Position numbers and translations under genes: made by a program. A DNA stretch of 64,000 nt from Macrostomum hystrix (taxonomy: Eukaryota > Animalia > Platyhelminthes), in the NCBI GenBank assembly GCA_950097015.1, contig CATNEN010000038.1, positions 3,844,001 through 3,908,000 on the forward strand, given 5' to 3'. This document shows positions 1 to 13,443 of the stretch, piece after piece. The first letter of the stretch is position 1; every line of letters starts with the position of its first letter. The notes beneath the pieces are model-generated. The model was not told the DNA's origin. It worked only from the letters and a program-made list of their open reading frames with translations, and ran no database searches.

Positions 1-131
1 TAGGAAATGTGCGATTTTTCACAGTCAAATCAGTTGTGTCAGAGCGAGCTAAACAATTAGAAATTAAAAGTGCCAACAAGGTCTAATTCTAATCACAAAA
101 CTTAGCAGGTGTAACCTTTGACTACTAAATA

Positions 132-502
132 CAATAATAATAATATAATTAATAATTGCAGGAGGGCTGCGGGCAATGGCACATCATTTTGGTGACACTA
201 GACCCGCAGCCAGCAGCGAGGAGGCAATTCTGCCCATTTCGCTGACTCTCAAGCACACGCACACAGATACTGTATGCAGTCAAACGCTCAGGTATGTACA
301 TCTGCCCTGACTTTCTCATCGTCAGGCAGTTTACACTTCACTGTGCCTAGGAGATTGGCCCTCAAGAACGTAAATTGCACGACAAGCCCCCAAGCCTTCT
401 CTCCGCGGCTGCACCCCAAATAAATGTGGCCTTGCCGTGGAATCGAGCTTAGGGACCTTGGTGCGAGAAGCAAACGCGTTAACCGCTCTGCCACCGACCC
501 CC
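132..502 (-). mobile_element. tRNA-derived SINE, copy 1, with (ATT)n tail
   Basis: The minus strand begins GGGGTCGGTGGCAGAGCGG (A-box) and has GCTCGATTCC (B-box-like). The ~340-bp body recurs at ~54.5 kb and ~62.9 kb. Tail is AAT repeats at 132-156. Near-identical flanking repeat tacta(a/t)atacaa at 123-134 and 504-515 is a probable TSD. Confidence 0.85.
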
Positions 503-669
503 ATACTATATACAAGTATTTAAATAATGAACATATAATATAATAGTTCTTGCGTGTAAACATGCTAGAGTTTAAAGCATATCGGAGACTTTGAGCAAGG
601 GCCACTATTAGGATACCAATTACACAGTTCTAACTAATAGTTATTGTTGTAAAACAGCGGTCATTAAAT

Positions 670-900
670 TGTATCTCAGTGGTAGAGCAAATCGAAACTT
701 AACCATAATAATGCTACTTAATTAGCTTCATGTCCTTGAGCAGAAACTTGATTCCCTGTTGCTTCAGCTCTCCCAGCTGTAAAATTTCTACCAGTATTAG
801 CTGGGGTACTAATTTAGGCTGGTGTTGCAGCAGCCTCCACTTTTAGATCCCAGCATTAAAGCTCTACGCGCAACCTTTTGAAGCGCTGCGCAGCTGCGGC
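670..900 (+). mobile_element. Degenerate CORE-like SINE remnant
   Basis: Contains cagtggtagagc, tgtccttgagcag and cccagctgtaaa. The same blocks appear at ~32290-32420 and ~45350-45560. Confidence 0.45.
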
Positions 901-2140
901 TTAGGCTCTGTCTGTCAAGGCCCATCTGGGTATATGTTATCTGTGCATCTACGAGATTGCAAACAAACTCGTTACTGCTAGTATGTTCGATCATACTTGC
1001 AGTCTTACATGTGCATGGTGTTTTAAACTACCTGTAGTAAATACTTTCCTAATTGTATCAATCTTGGTTCACTCAGGCAAATACGATGTTGCTAAAAAGT
1101 TTTTAAATCAAAGAAAATATCGCATCATCGTTTTAGACTTAATTATTACTGTCATTCTAGCGAAGCGCTTCTTCGTGTTGTGCACCTCGAGGACCGGGGC
1201 CGGTGATAGGACGATTTACCTTCGATGGGGATTCGAACTATTTTATAGGTGTGATCGCTCAGTGAACAGATCAGCAGCATTACATTAGATTAGATTTTTG
1301 TAGCATTACACTAGAGTTCTAAATCCAGTCTGAGTAGCTTGGTGGCCTCTTAAAACCCGATTTTCGCCTACAATGGACTTTTCTTCCTGTTGTGATGCCC
1401 AGCAGGCCTGGGAATTGCACTTGCAATGACAATACGGCTGAGTTTTTATCTTGATGAGTTGGCTGTTATATTTCTTGTATGAGAAGGTTTGTTACGAACG
1501 AGCGACAGCATATATAACAGTTATAAAGGCGGACTCTGGGGAAAAGGTAAATCTCTAGTCTATGGCCAAGGGCGCGAGTACTATTAAGACTGAGGCTATA
1601 TAATGTCACTTCCATTCTATTTGGCGCTGACGCCGTTTAGCACCTGATAACAACAACAGCCTGGCTTTCAAACAGACCTTGGGCAGTCTCGTCAGTCGGA
1701 TTACCTGGTTCTAAAGTCTAATTGGCCACGGACAAAAACGCCGGTTGCCATCAGACAGGAGACCCTGTGTATCAATGCGCAACTCCGTCAGCCTTCCCTC
1801 AAGAGACGCTCCAATATATGATATGCTCCTGGTGCACAATGACAGTTTTGGGAGCCCTTGCATATGTGAGAAAGATAAAGACACGCAAACACACAAACAC
1901 ACGTGTTGTGTCTCACACACTGCACTCTCGCATACAGCAGCGCTGATATAAGAGAAACAGAATCATATTTTTAGACTGTGCTCTGCGGCGCTTATATAAC
2001 TCGTTAAAAAGTAAAAATCCAGTTAGGTAATCTCATGCTCTGCAACTTGCCTTGAAAGCGTATTCGTTCTTAAAAGTCTAAGTTTGAATCTAAGTTCTTA
2101 AAAGTCTAAGTCTGCAGCTGCGTTTAACCTTGAATTTCTT

Positions 2141-2577
2141 CACCCGTGTTGACAGAGATAGGGTCTAAGAAACGGTAATCGAACATGCGCGACGGTCGCC
2201 TAATAGGCAACTCCGAACATGTTCTTGGTTCCGAGAACATGTTCTTTTAAATTAATAAGGCTACTTAATGTATGTTAATAAATTGATAACATAAAGAAAA
2301 AACCATGCCTTCCTTGGCATGAGGTCAACAGAGGTAAACCATGTGTGTGTTAAACCATACTAGACATAGTATGGGTTTAACTCTGTCTTGTTTGTTGACC
2401 TCATGCCAAGTGCCAAGGAAGGCATACTAGTTTTTTCTTCATGTTATTAATTCATTAATATACATTAAGTAGCCTTATTAATGTAAAAGAACATGTTCTC
2501 GGAACAAAGAACATGTTCGGAGTTGCCTATGACCATCGCGCATGTTCGATGTAGCCTAAGAGTCGTCAACACGGCTG
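2141..2577. mobile_element. Palindromic hAT-type MITE (437 bp)
   Basis: TIR ca(c/g)ccgtgttgac at both ends and a perfect 8-bp TSD aatttctt (2133-2140, 2578-2585). Almost the whole element is one imperfect inverted repeat centred near 2363. Confidence 0.85.
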
Positions 2578-3685
2578 AATTTCTTATATAGTATCCAGTA
2601 AAACAAAACTATCTTTAGAGTCACTACAAGAAGTAATCAGTTCTTTAGATAATTGTATGTAGCAAGAACAAAACACACAATAGTTTATCTTAAAGAAAAC
2701 AAGATTCCACAGTAATTCCTGTTTTTACAGTCTTTTAGTTTTTAATATGAAAATCAAAAGTCTTTTTAATAAATGAAATTGAAATCGGTTACTTCTATTA
2801 CACCATCTTATTGACCTGGCGGAGTTTTATGAAAATAATTAATTGATATATAATGGCATATGCTGTCTTGAGCGGAATTTCACATGAAGAACTACGTTTA
2901 GCCGTTATGACGTCTTCAGAAATCACTCAGTCACTAAAAAGTAGAATGAAACTATTGAAACAACTGGGCCTTGGCCTAACTACAGCAAATCTCTAACTCA
3001 ACAATAAACAATAGTTTGTATTATTCTGAAGAGATATTATCGAACCAAGGAATCGTGTACTTTGGTTTGTGAAACATAAAATGTGGCTATGGCTATAAGA
3101 AAACCATTCAATTTATTGCTATTGTGACCATAGTTGAACAGAGAGATTGACAGAATGACTAGGCCTAATTAATAAATTCTAAAACAGTTTTAAATTGTTT
3201 TTTATTAAAGCTTGTCTATTTATATTATTTAAAAATTTATTTTAATAAATTTTCATTACATAGGACCTATTCCAAAAAACTAAACTTTCATTTGTGTCTT
3301 GTAAAACATAATGGTTATTCAATTTTTTTGTTTATTGTCTGAAATTGATTTTCTAGCAGTTTCATTGCTTTAGTTTTTAGTATTAAGCTGGTATTGTTGT
3401 TTCTATAGCAAAGTGCATACAAAACAATGTGAAAATGGTTTAAAATAAGATTTTGGACTATATTGTAAATAAAAATTAGGGTGCGATAAGCTGCAAAAAA
3501 TAGCTAGTCCCTATTTGGAAAAAATGAATTAATCAGTGCAACTGTGCTATGCAGAGCTTAGTATATTTTAATGTTTTAGTAATAATGAATAGTGCTAGTC
3601 TATAAAATGCATTTCTTATCGAAAAATATAAAACACATAAAAAGCTAAAAAAATTATTGCAGAACTTTGAACTCGGCCAGTCAGA

Positions 3686-4901
3686 ATGAGCTACTATTAT
3701 AGGGGAAGCAACAATGCCGCGGCTCCAATTCTGCCAGATGGCGATGAGCAGGAGATTGCCACGCGAACTCTGCAGGTCCAGGCCAAGCGATTCTACCTGG
3801 ATGTTAAGCAGAATCGTCGGGGTAGATTTTTAAAGATTGCTGAAGTTGCTGCCACCGGGCAGAAGAGTCGCATCCTCATGAGCATGAGTGCCACTGCTGA
3901 TTTCAGGTGAGTTCTGAGTGAGTGTGATGCAACACCTTCCCGCTGTGAACAATACTAGCCACACCGCTGACTCACTCCAGGACTAAGCTCAACCTGCTGG
4001 CCAAGCACCTGGCCAATCAGACTGGCGCCTTCGAAGCCAAGTCGGAAACCATGGCTCACGAGAAAAGGCGCTACTACCTGGATTTAAAGGAGAATCGCCG
4101 GGGTCGCTATCTGCGCATCGCCCAGCAGGTGGCGCCATCTGGGGCGCGCAGCCAGGTGGCCGTGCCTGAGCAGGGCGTCTCTGAGCTTGCTGAACGACTT
4201 GCCGAACTCATCGAACAGTGCGGCACCGACGATGCCTCTGGTGAGATCATTACTCATAACTTGCATTGTATCACTTAACTGCGTTGTATCACCTACCTGC
4301 ACCTGTCCCACCCACCTGCACCTGTCCCACCCACCTGCACCTGTCCCACCCACCTGCACCTGTCCCACCCACCTGCATATGTCTCATTGACATCTGATTG
4401 TCTCCATTCCAGTCTCATTGTCTCCATTCCACTCATAGTTCCCATTCCAGTCTCATTGTCTCCATTCCACTCATAGTTCCCATTCCAGTCTCATTGTCTC
4501 CATTCCACTCATAGTTCCCATTCCAGTCTCATTGTCTCCACCTATCAATTAACAAACTAGATGGCGCAGCCAAGCTGCCGGAGGCTAAGGCCCTACGCGC
4601 CGAGAACAAGATGCTCTACTTTGACGTTGGCTACAACAGGCGCGGCACATTTCTTCGCCTGTCCGAGGTGCGCCAAAATTTTCGCAGCGCTGTCACAGTG
4701 CCTGAAAAGTCGTGGCTGGATTTGCGCAACATCCTAACCGAGTACATCGATCAGCAGGCCGGCGGCGGCAGTGGTGGAACAACCACGGTAGACGCAGTCG
4801 CTTTGGCCGACGCCGAGGACGAAGATCAGCCAGTTGATTGTCAGGGCGTCAACGAAGAGGGCTCCAGCGATGCCAGTTCCGATGGCACAAACGATGATTG
4901 A
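3686..4901 (+). CDS. PURA: Pur-alpha family ssDNA/RNA-binding protein (3 exons: 3686-3906, 3981-4240, 4561-4901; 273 aa)
   Basis: Three PUR repeats ([21 protein letters not shown]; [18 protein letters not shown]; [19 protein letters not shown]). GT-AG junctions keep the frame (822 nt). AATAAA at ~5071. Confidence 0.93.
4290..4540. repeat. Two short tandem repeats in PURA intron 2 (ccacctgcacctgtcccac-type, then ccattccagtctcattgtct/ccattccactcatagtt)
   Basis: Tandem units are directly visible. Confidence 0.85.
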
Positions 4902-7900
4902 AGGGATTCTGACTATTTGGTGTTTAATGACAATGGTTTTTAAGTTTAACCATGTTTATTACATTGTTCTCTGTTCCTTGGACCGTATCTGATAGCCTTG
5001 TGATTGTAATAGGGTCATTGAAAGGACACTGTCTATGGTTGTAATGGGGCTATTGAAAATGACGAATACGAATAAATCAACTGATTGTATGCTAGTATTA
5101 TTATAGTAGCATTTTTGTTTTTTAGTTCTTTTTATTTATTCTGTGCACATACCTCTCAGAGCAATATACGGCTGAGCAATATAATGGGTGCATTTTAAGT
5201 AAATTTTTAGTTCTCATAAAGTTCAGTACGACTTTTCGCTTTTTTCAATTATTTAACATATTAAGAAGTCTGTAAGTCATTGTTTTGCCGGAATAATTCC
5301 ACGTGATGTAACTATTTGTACTTTCACGCTTCAACTTTTATCGCAATATTCGATAAGCTAATATCTGGTCCTGTAAAACACACTACTGAGAGTACTTCAC
5401 ATGAGTCACGTCACATATTAAGGTTTTTACGAACATGACAATACAAAGTATTGACCTTCTTAACGTTAACTTTTTCATGCTTGTATTTAAAGATGAAGTT
5501 TGTTTCGTATTTACATTATCTAACGACCAATAAATGGTCGTTAACGACCATTATAAAAGCTATTTTTTTTTTAAGTTTTATGACATAAAAGCATTTGTTT
5601 TTTCCTATTGATTTATATCAATCATATCGATTGCTTCTCTCACATATTGCAGATTGAATCATTCATTTGTATAATCATCTTATAAAATTAAAGCACACTT
5701 GAACAAATTTAGTTGCGAACGACTGAGACATCTCTAAGCTATAAAAATATAAGCACGTTATAGACATAAACTGGATACGCTTTTGAAGCTTTTGAGTGTT
5801 CCGACATGCTCTTGTTTCACTAACTATTAAAACTGCGGATTTCTTTTGGTCTTGTTTATTCTAAATAGAATTGTTGAAGACTTGAAGTGCGTATGCAAAA
5901 TATCAAATGCTCATTAATTATGGATTGGTTCCTTAGACAGACAGATAGGTGAAAATTAGACGTCATTTATATTCATAATCACAGCATGTTAATGCCGATT
6001 TCTTCTTTAATAGCACTTTAAATATGACGGTTCATTGTTTCATATAATAGTTATAAATAGCTACGTGTATGAAAATAAAGGACCATTACTGCTAGTAGTC
6101 CTTGATGACAATATTAGCAATATGACAGTCATGATACAACACAGCTGACGAAACAAAAATTTTAGTTCTATATGCTATCAGGTCCGAAATAAATCTTACG
6201 GCAATCCGAAACCGCTCTAAAAATGGAATTAAGCAAAGGCAAAAATATATGCAACATGCTAAAATGTGAAAAAAACTGCACTGGTGTGCAATTCAACAGA
6301 GGATGATTCACTTCATAGCAAAATAACTAAACGATGTACATGCAACAGCTTGAAAATATCTGACAAAAAGCCAAATTGATGACTGGGCTGAGTCCCTCCA
6401 CAGCAGGGACAGGTGGGCGGGCACCCAGAACTGTCTGCAATCGCGTGCCGCAGTTCCACGCCCGTCAAGCAGCCTTAGTTACATCCTTCTGAGCCAACAC
6501 CAGAAGAATATCCGCGCTCTCGCCATTACCCCCACAGGCCACGGCCTCCTCGCCATGCAGACACTGCTGCTTAATCCGGGGCGACGTTGAGAGCTAACTC
6601 CTACCCCTTTTACGAGTACGACGACGAAGATCCTGAGTACTTTGTCACTGCCCTTTCTTTAAAAGAGACTGGCTACGCTACCTGTGGCCCAACCCGTCTA
6701 TGGACGGGTTGGACGGGTTCTAGCTTGCGAGCAGAAAGTTAAACAACAAAACTCGCGCAACAAGTGGCTTCCTCTAAGTCGCAATTCTGTGCGTCAGACT
6801 AAGGACCATAGACGATAACTAAGCCAACAAGGGTTTGGGGAAACGATGGTCAAGTGGCATGGCAAAATACGTGAGAGACGTTGAATAACTTTAGAGCTCC
6901 GAATCGTCATGCCGAAATCTTCGCTTTAAGGTCCGCTACAAGACGCTATTATCGTTTTCCGGTTTCATTGAAAGTTACGGAACGCAACATTTCAAGATAA
7001 CACAGTACGGTAAATTTTCTTAGAAACAAGTGGTAACATCTTTTTACTACAAGAATTGGGCTTACTAAAGTAAAATTTAATTGAAGCTAAGATATTAACT
7101 CAAAATATTAAGTTTCTACTAATGGAAAGAGTCTGCCAAATCAGTATGTATACTTTTCCTGTGTTTTATTAGCTATCAAAAAAATATTTTGGGAAAAGCT
7201 AACCAATTCTTTAAAGTTTAGCCTAGCTTCTAGCTATAGTATAGCGCTTGATTGAATTGATTTAGGCTACTAGCCACTTAGACACACACTGACATCTTTT
7301 TTAATTTAAAGAGCCTTGGTATCGTATGTTTAATAGTAATTAATGTAGCTTTACTTTAGATAGTTCAGCTATATTTATACAGCTCAATATTTTTGTAGGC
7401 CTATCTGAAAAATAAGTGTAACAATTAAATATATATAAAAATATAGTTGCTAGAGCTAATGAGCTAATAAGCTTTCTAATAAGCTAGAAAATAGTAAACT
7501 TGACTATTGCTATAAGTTAAGAACATACGGAAAAAATATATTTCTTTAAAGTTAAAAACTTCAAGTTTCTTTATTGTTATCACGAAAACATAGCTATTAA
7601 CAATGATTTCCACTTTTATATTATAATAATGCTGATGTCAGCCATATTGTCGGCTTGTATAAAATTTTAGAAATCCAGAAGTGCTTATCACAAATAAAAA
7701 CCTAATTTTGACACTCCCCTATAAGCTTAGCTACCAAGTTTATCACTCTCAGCTTTTTTATGAGTCAGGAATGTAGTATCCACAGCTAATTCTTAATTGT
7801 ATATTTTAATAAAAGTAATATCTGAAGAACACAAAGAAATTTTTTTTGTTCTTTTGAGTTGCAACTTGGTACCACAAAGCTGCCATATTATGAAATATAT

Positions 7901-8021
7901 AGGGTCTTCATTTTTAGTTTTTGTAACTAGCAAGTTTTGCCCCCCTTCAGGGAGCAGAAATATTTTTAACTCGTCCAGTATACTTTTTAGCAGCTGTATT
8001 GTCAGCCTTTTTTGCGCTACA

Positions 8022-9722
8022 ATGATCAGTTGACAATGATCCCCCAGTTGATAATGATCCCCCAGTTGACAATGATCCCCCAGTTGATAATGATCCCCCA
8101 GTTGACAATGATCCCCCAGTTGACAATGATCCCCCAGTTGACAATGATCCCCCAGTTGATAATGATCACCCAGTTGACAATGATCCCCCAGTTGACAATG
8201 ATCCCCCAGTTGACAATGATCCCCCAGTTGACAATGATCTCCCAGTTGACAATGATCCACCAGTTGACAATGATCCCCCAGTTGACAATGATCCCACAGT
8301 TGACAATGATCCCCCAGTTGACAATGATCCCCCAGTTGATAATGATCACCCAGTTGACAATGATCCTCCAGTTGACAATGATCCCCCAGTTGACAATGAT
8401 CCCCCAGTTGACAATGATCTCCCAGTTGACAATGATCCACCAGTTGACAATGATCCCCCAGTTCACAATGATCCCCAGTTGGCCATGATCCCCTAGTTGA
8501 CAATGATCCCACAGTTGACAATGATCCCCCAGTTTACAATGATCCCCCAGTTGATGATGATTCCCCAGTTTACAATGATCTCCCAGTTGACAATGATCCC
8601 CCAGTTGACAATGTTCCCCCAGTTGACAATGATCCCCCAGTTCACAATGATCCCCAGTTGGCCATGATCCCCTAGTTGACAATGATCCCACAGTTGACAA
8701 TGATCCCCCAGTTTACAATGATCCCCCAGTTGATGATGATTCCCCAGTTTACAATGATCTCCCAGTTGAAAATGATCCCCCAGTTTACAATGATCCCCCA
8801 GTTGACAATGATCCCCCAGTTGACAATGATCCCCCAGTTGACAATGATCCCCCAGTTGACAATGATTACCCAGTTGACAATGATTACCCAGTTGACAATC
8901 ATTCCCCAGTGGACAATTATCCCCCAGTTTACCATGATCCCCCAGTTGACGATTATCCCCCAGTTCACCATGATCCCCATTTTGATGATGACTCCCCAGT
9001 TCACAATGATCCCCAGTTGGCCATGATCCCCTAGTTGACAATGATCCCACAGTTGACAATGATCCCCCAGTTGATGATGATCCCCCAGTTTACAATGATC
9101 TCCCAGTTGACAATGATCCCCCAGTTGAAGATGATCCCCCAGTTGACAATGATCACCCAGTTCACAATGATCCCCAGTTGGCCATGATCCCCTAGTTGAC
9201 AATGATCCTACAGTTGACAATGATCCCCCAGTTGACAATGATTACCCAGTTGATGATGATCCCCCAGTTTACAATGATCTCCCAGTTGACAATGATCCCC
9301 CAGTTGAAGATGATCCCCCAGTTGACAATGATCACCCAGTTCACAATGATCCCCAGTTGGCCATGATCCCCTAGTTGACAATGATCCTACAGTTGACAAT
9401 GATCCCCCAGTTGACAATGATCCCCCAGTTGACATGATTACCCAGTTGACAATCATTCCCCAGTGGACAATGATCCCCTAGTTGACAATGATCCCCCAGT
9501 TGAAAATGATACCCCAGTTGACAATGATCCCCCAGTTGACGATGATCCCCCAGTTGACAATGATCCCCCAGTTGACAATGATCCCCCAGTTGACAATGAT
9601 CCCCCAGTTGACAATGATCCCCCAGTTGACAATTATCCCCCAGTTTACCATGATCCCCCAGTTGACGATTATCCCCCAGTTCACCATGATCCCCATTTTG
9701 ATGATGACTCCCCAGTTGACGT
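8022..9722. repeat. 18-bp minisatellite (cagttgacaatgatcccc)n with higher-order structure
   Basis: About 95 monomers. The diagnostic variant block gttcacaatgatccccagttggccatg recurs at ~8461, 8640, 9000, 9160 and 9339. Confidence 0.95.
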
Positions 9723-9737
9723 TGATTTTTCAAACAC

Positions 9738-12272
9738 TGGGTTAGCCAAGATTCAAACTCAGGTTTCGCCATGTTTTAAACCCTGGTGGGCTATGATTCA
9801 AACTCTCGTTTTGCCATGATTCAGACTCTGGTTGGCTATGATTCAAACTCTGGTTTAGCCAAGATTCAAACTCTGGTTTAGCCATGTTTTAAACCCTGGT
9901 GGGCTATGATTCAAACTCTCGTTTTGCCATGATTCAGACTCTGGTTTAGCCATGATTCAGACTCTGGTTTTGCCATGATTCAAGCTCTGGTTTAGCCATG
10001 TTTCAAACTCTGGTTTAGCCATGATTCAAACTCTGGTTTAGCCATGATTCAGACTCTGGTTTAGCCATGATTCAGACTCTGGTTTAGCCATGATTCAGAC
10101 GCTGGTTTAGCCATGATTCAGACGCTGGTTTAGCCATGATTCAAACTCTGGTTTAGCCATGATTCAGACGCTGGTTTAGCCATGATTCAGACGCTGGTTT
10201 AGCCATGATTGAAACTCTGGTTTAGCCATGATTCAGACTCTGGTTTAGCCATGATTGAAACTCTGGTTTAGCCATGATTCAGACTCTGGTTTAGCCATGG
10301 TTCAAACTCTGGTTTAGCCATGATTCAGACGCTGGTTTAGCCATGATTCAGACTCTGGTTTAGCCATGATTCAAACTCTGGTTAAGCCATGATTCAGACT
10401 CTGGTTTCGCCATGTTTTAAACCCTGGTGGGCTATGATTCAAACTCTCGTTTTGCCATGATTCAGACTCTGGTTGGCTATGATTCAAACTCTGGTTTAGC
10501 CAAGATTCAAACCCTGGTTTAGCCATGTTTTAAACCCTGGTGGGCTATGATTCAAACTCTCGTTTTGCCATGATTCAGACTCTGGTTGGCTATGATTCAA
10601 ACTCTGGTTTAGCCATGATTTAAACTCTGGTTTAGCCATGATTCAGACTCTGGTTTTGCCATGATTCAAGCTCTGGTTTAGCCATGTTTCAAACTCTGGT
10701 TTAGCCATGATTCAAACTCTGGTTTAGCCATGATTCAGACTCTGGTTTAGCCATGATTCAGACGCTGGTTTAGCCATGATTCAGACGCTGGTTTAGCCAT
10801 GATTGAAACTCTGGTTTAGCCATGATTCAGACTCTGGTTTAGCCATGATTTAAACTCTGGTTAAGCCATGATTCAGACTCTGGTTTAGCCATGATTTAAA
10901 CTCTGGTTTAGCCATGATTCAGACTCTGGTTTAGCCATGATTCAAACTCAGGTTTCGCCATGTTTTAAACCCTGGTGGGCTATGATTCAAACTCTCGTTT
11001 TGCCATGATTCAGACTCTGGTTGGCTATGATTCAAACTCTGGTTTAGCCAAGATTCAAACTCTGGTTTAGCCATGTTTTAAACCCTGGTGGGCTATGATT
11101 CAAACTCTCGTTTTGCCATGATTCAGACTCTGGTTTAGCCATGATTCAGACTCTGGTTTTGCCATGATTCAAGCTCTGGTTTAGCCATGTTTCAAACTCT
11201 GGTTTAGCCATGATTCAAACTCTGGTTTAGCCATGATTCAGACTCTGGTTTAGCCATGATTCAGACTCTGGTTTAGCCATGATTCAGACGCTGGTTTAGC
11301 CATGATTCAGACTCTGGTTTAGCCATGATTCAAACTCTGGTTTAGCCATGATTTAAACTCTGGTTTAGCCATGATTCAGACTCTGGTTTAGCCATGGTTC
11401 AAACTCTGGTTTAGCCATGATTCAGACGCTGGTTTAGCCATGATTCAGACTCTGGTTTAGCCATGATTCAAACTCTGGTTAAGCCATGATTCAGACTCTG
11501 GTTTAGCCATGATTTAAACTCTGGTTTAGCCATGATTCAGACTCTGGTTTAGCCATGATTGAAACTCTGGTTTAGCCATGATTCAGACTCTGGTTTAGCC
11601 ATGATTTAAACTCTGGTTTAGCCATGATTCAGACTCTGGTTTAGCCATGGTTCAAACTCTGGTTTAGCCATGATTCAGACGCTGGTTTAGCCATGATTCA
11701 GACTCTGGTTTAGCCATGATTCAAACTCTGGTTAAGCCATGATTCAGACTCTGGTTTAGCCATGATTTAAACTCTGGTTTAGCCATGATTCAGACTCTGG
11801 TTTAGCCATGATTCAAACTCTGGTTTAGCCATGATTCAGACGCTGGTTTAGCCATGATTCAAACTCTGGTTTAGCCATGATTCAGACGCTGGTTTAGCCA
11901 TGATTCAGACGCTGGTTTAGCCATGATTGAAACTCTGGTTTAGCCATGATTCAGACTCTGGTTTAGCCATGATTTAAACTCTGGTTTAGCCATGATTCAG
12001 ACTCTGGTTTAGCCATGGTTCAAACTCTGGTTTAGCCATGATTCAGACGCTGGTTTAGCCATGATTCAGACTCTGGTTTAGCCATGATTCAAACTCTGGT
12101 TAAGCCATGATTCAGACTCTGGTTTAGCCATGATTTAAACTCTGGTTTAGCCATGATTCAGACTCTGGTTTAGCCATGATTCAAACTCTGGTTTAGCCAT
12201 GATTCAGACGCTGGTTTAGCCATGATTCAAACTCTGGTTTAGCCATGATTCAAACTCAGATTTGCTATGATT
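9738..12272. repeat. 21-bp minisatellite (tggtttagccatgattca[a/g]actc)n
   Basis: About 120 monomers directly abutting the 18-mer array. Variant blocks recur (e.g. ~9760 and ~10950). Confidence 0.95.
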
Positions 12273-12639
12273 TATGATATTTTATTTACGAAATATAAAA
12301 AATAATATAAAATAATCTTCAATCACTACTGGCTGAAAATTAGTCTAAATGATTTGACCCAGTGCAGAATCGAACCCTAGCCTAGCCTAACCTATTCCTA
12401 GTGCCTACACATCGGCTATTCCGACTGTTGGTTAGTGGGTGCAAAAATCAGCCTTATAAAATGAATTCTCAAAGTTCTGGCTTTGTACAATGAAGTAAGA
12501 AAATAGAGTACACTCAGTCTCGCAGTTGGTTGTGTACATTTATTTCAAATTTGTCTCCAGAGTGCAGGCTTCAAATTCAATCAGCTAGGGGTTGTTGCGC
12601 AATTTGACGATGCAATTCTAATTCAGTGGCTGTCAGTGA

Positions 12640-12865
12640 AATTCTCAATAGGCCAAGATGGTTTGACCTTTAAAAAATCATGTTTTTCGAATATTTAATC
12701 CCCTTAGCAATGAAGTTCAGCTTAATAAAAATACGTGTAAAATTGTCCCCATATTTAGTATCTTTTGGTGAAGAAATGGTGAAAATCGGTTGAGCCGTTC
12801 GGGAGAAAATCAATTACAACCAACCAACCAACCAACCAACCAACCATTTCATTTTTAGTATAGTG
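12640..12865. mobile_element. Possible Helitron/Helentron-associated (DINE-1/Lep1-like) non-autonomous remnant
   Basis: The order aaaatcggttgagccgtt, (caac)n microsatellite, tttcatttttagtatag resembles the microsatellite-bearing end of these elements as I recall it. Confidence 0.4.
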
Positions 12866-13443
12866 GAGGAGATAGTGAAGTCAATGTTATTTAGCTTTTT
12901 AATATTAGTAATTTTAAAATATTGAAACAAGCTAGTTTTTAGCTATATTAGAGTGACCAATAGGGCTTTGAAAAAAATTGCCCTTGATTTTATCTCTCTC
13001 ATGTCCTATAAGCATTTTCTGTAATATTAAGTTTTTAATGTGTTTTAATGTGAGTAAGAGGCAGAAATTATGTAATGATAGTAATATTATACATATATGA
13101 ATTAGAGCCTTTTGTACAAACATGAATAAAAAAGTAATTTCAATAATGCCTTACCTAGTCAGACCATGTATCTAGTTAGTGGCACAGTTTCAGCACTTCC
13201 AAAGGCTGTGTACAGCTGTTCAGTCCACACTCCACAGTCTGTGCTGGCTGCTGCATCCATCTACCCTGATTTCCAGCTTCTGCTGGTACCCACATTCAGC
13301 TGAGTGAAGTGAATTAGTGGACAATTTTGTGTCTTGCTTCCTTTATGAAAAATGTGTATCATCAAATACATGAAAACCTAGGAATTACACATTGCTTTAT
13401 GTTAGTCTGATAGAATTCTGATTTAAATTGTGCACTAGGTGTT

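Noticed and set aside
300-332. Hammerhead-like CTGACGA...GAAA on the minus strand of the SINE
   Set aside because: There is no room for stem II, the core bases are sequestered in a simple hairpin, and I found no stem I/III with a cleavage triplet.
430-502. tRNA gene (also at ~12370, ~28050, ~32300, ~45360, ~54800, ~63200)
   Set aside because: Only A/B-box remnants are present, mostly attached to SINE bodies, with no complete cloverleaf.
1640-1960. Short overlapping ORFs in a GC-richer patch
   Set aside because: No recognisable protein motif or splice structure. Probably a repeat remnant that I cannot classify.
7793-9819. Many ORFs (LGDHCQ, MIPQLT, WGIIVN repeats)
   Set aside because: These are translations of an 18-bp minisatellite open in several frames on both strands, with no unique coding flanks.
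8022-12272. Possible CRISPR array
   Set aside because: The repeats are head-to-tail with no unique spacers, there are no cas genes and the context is eukaryotic. The same applies to all other arrays here.
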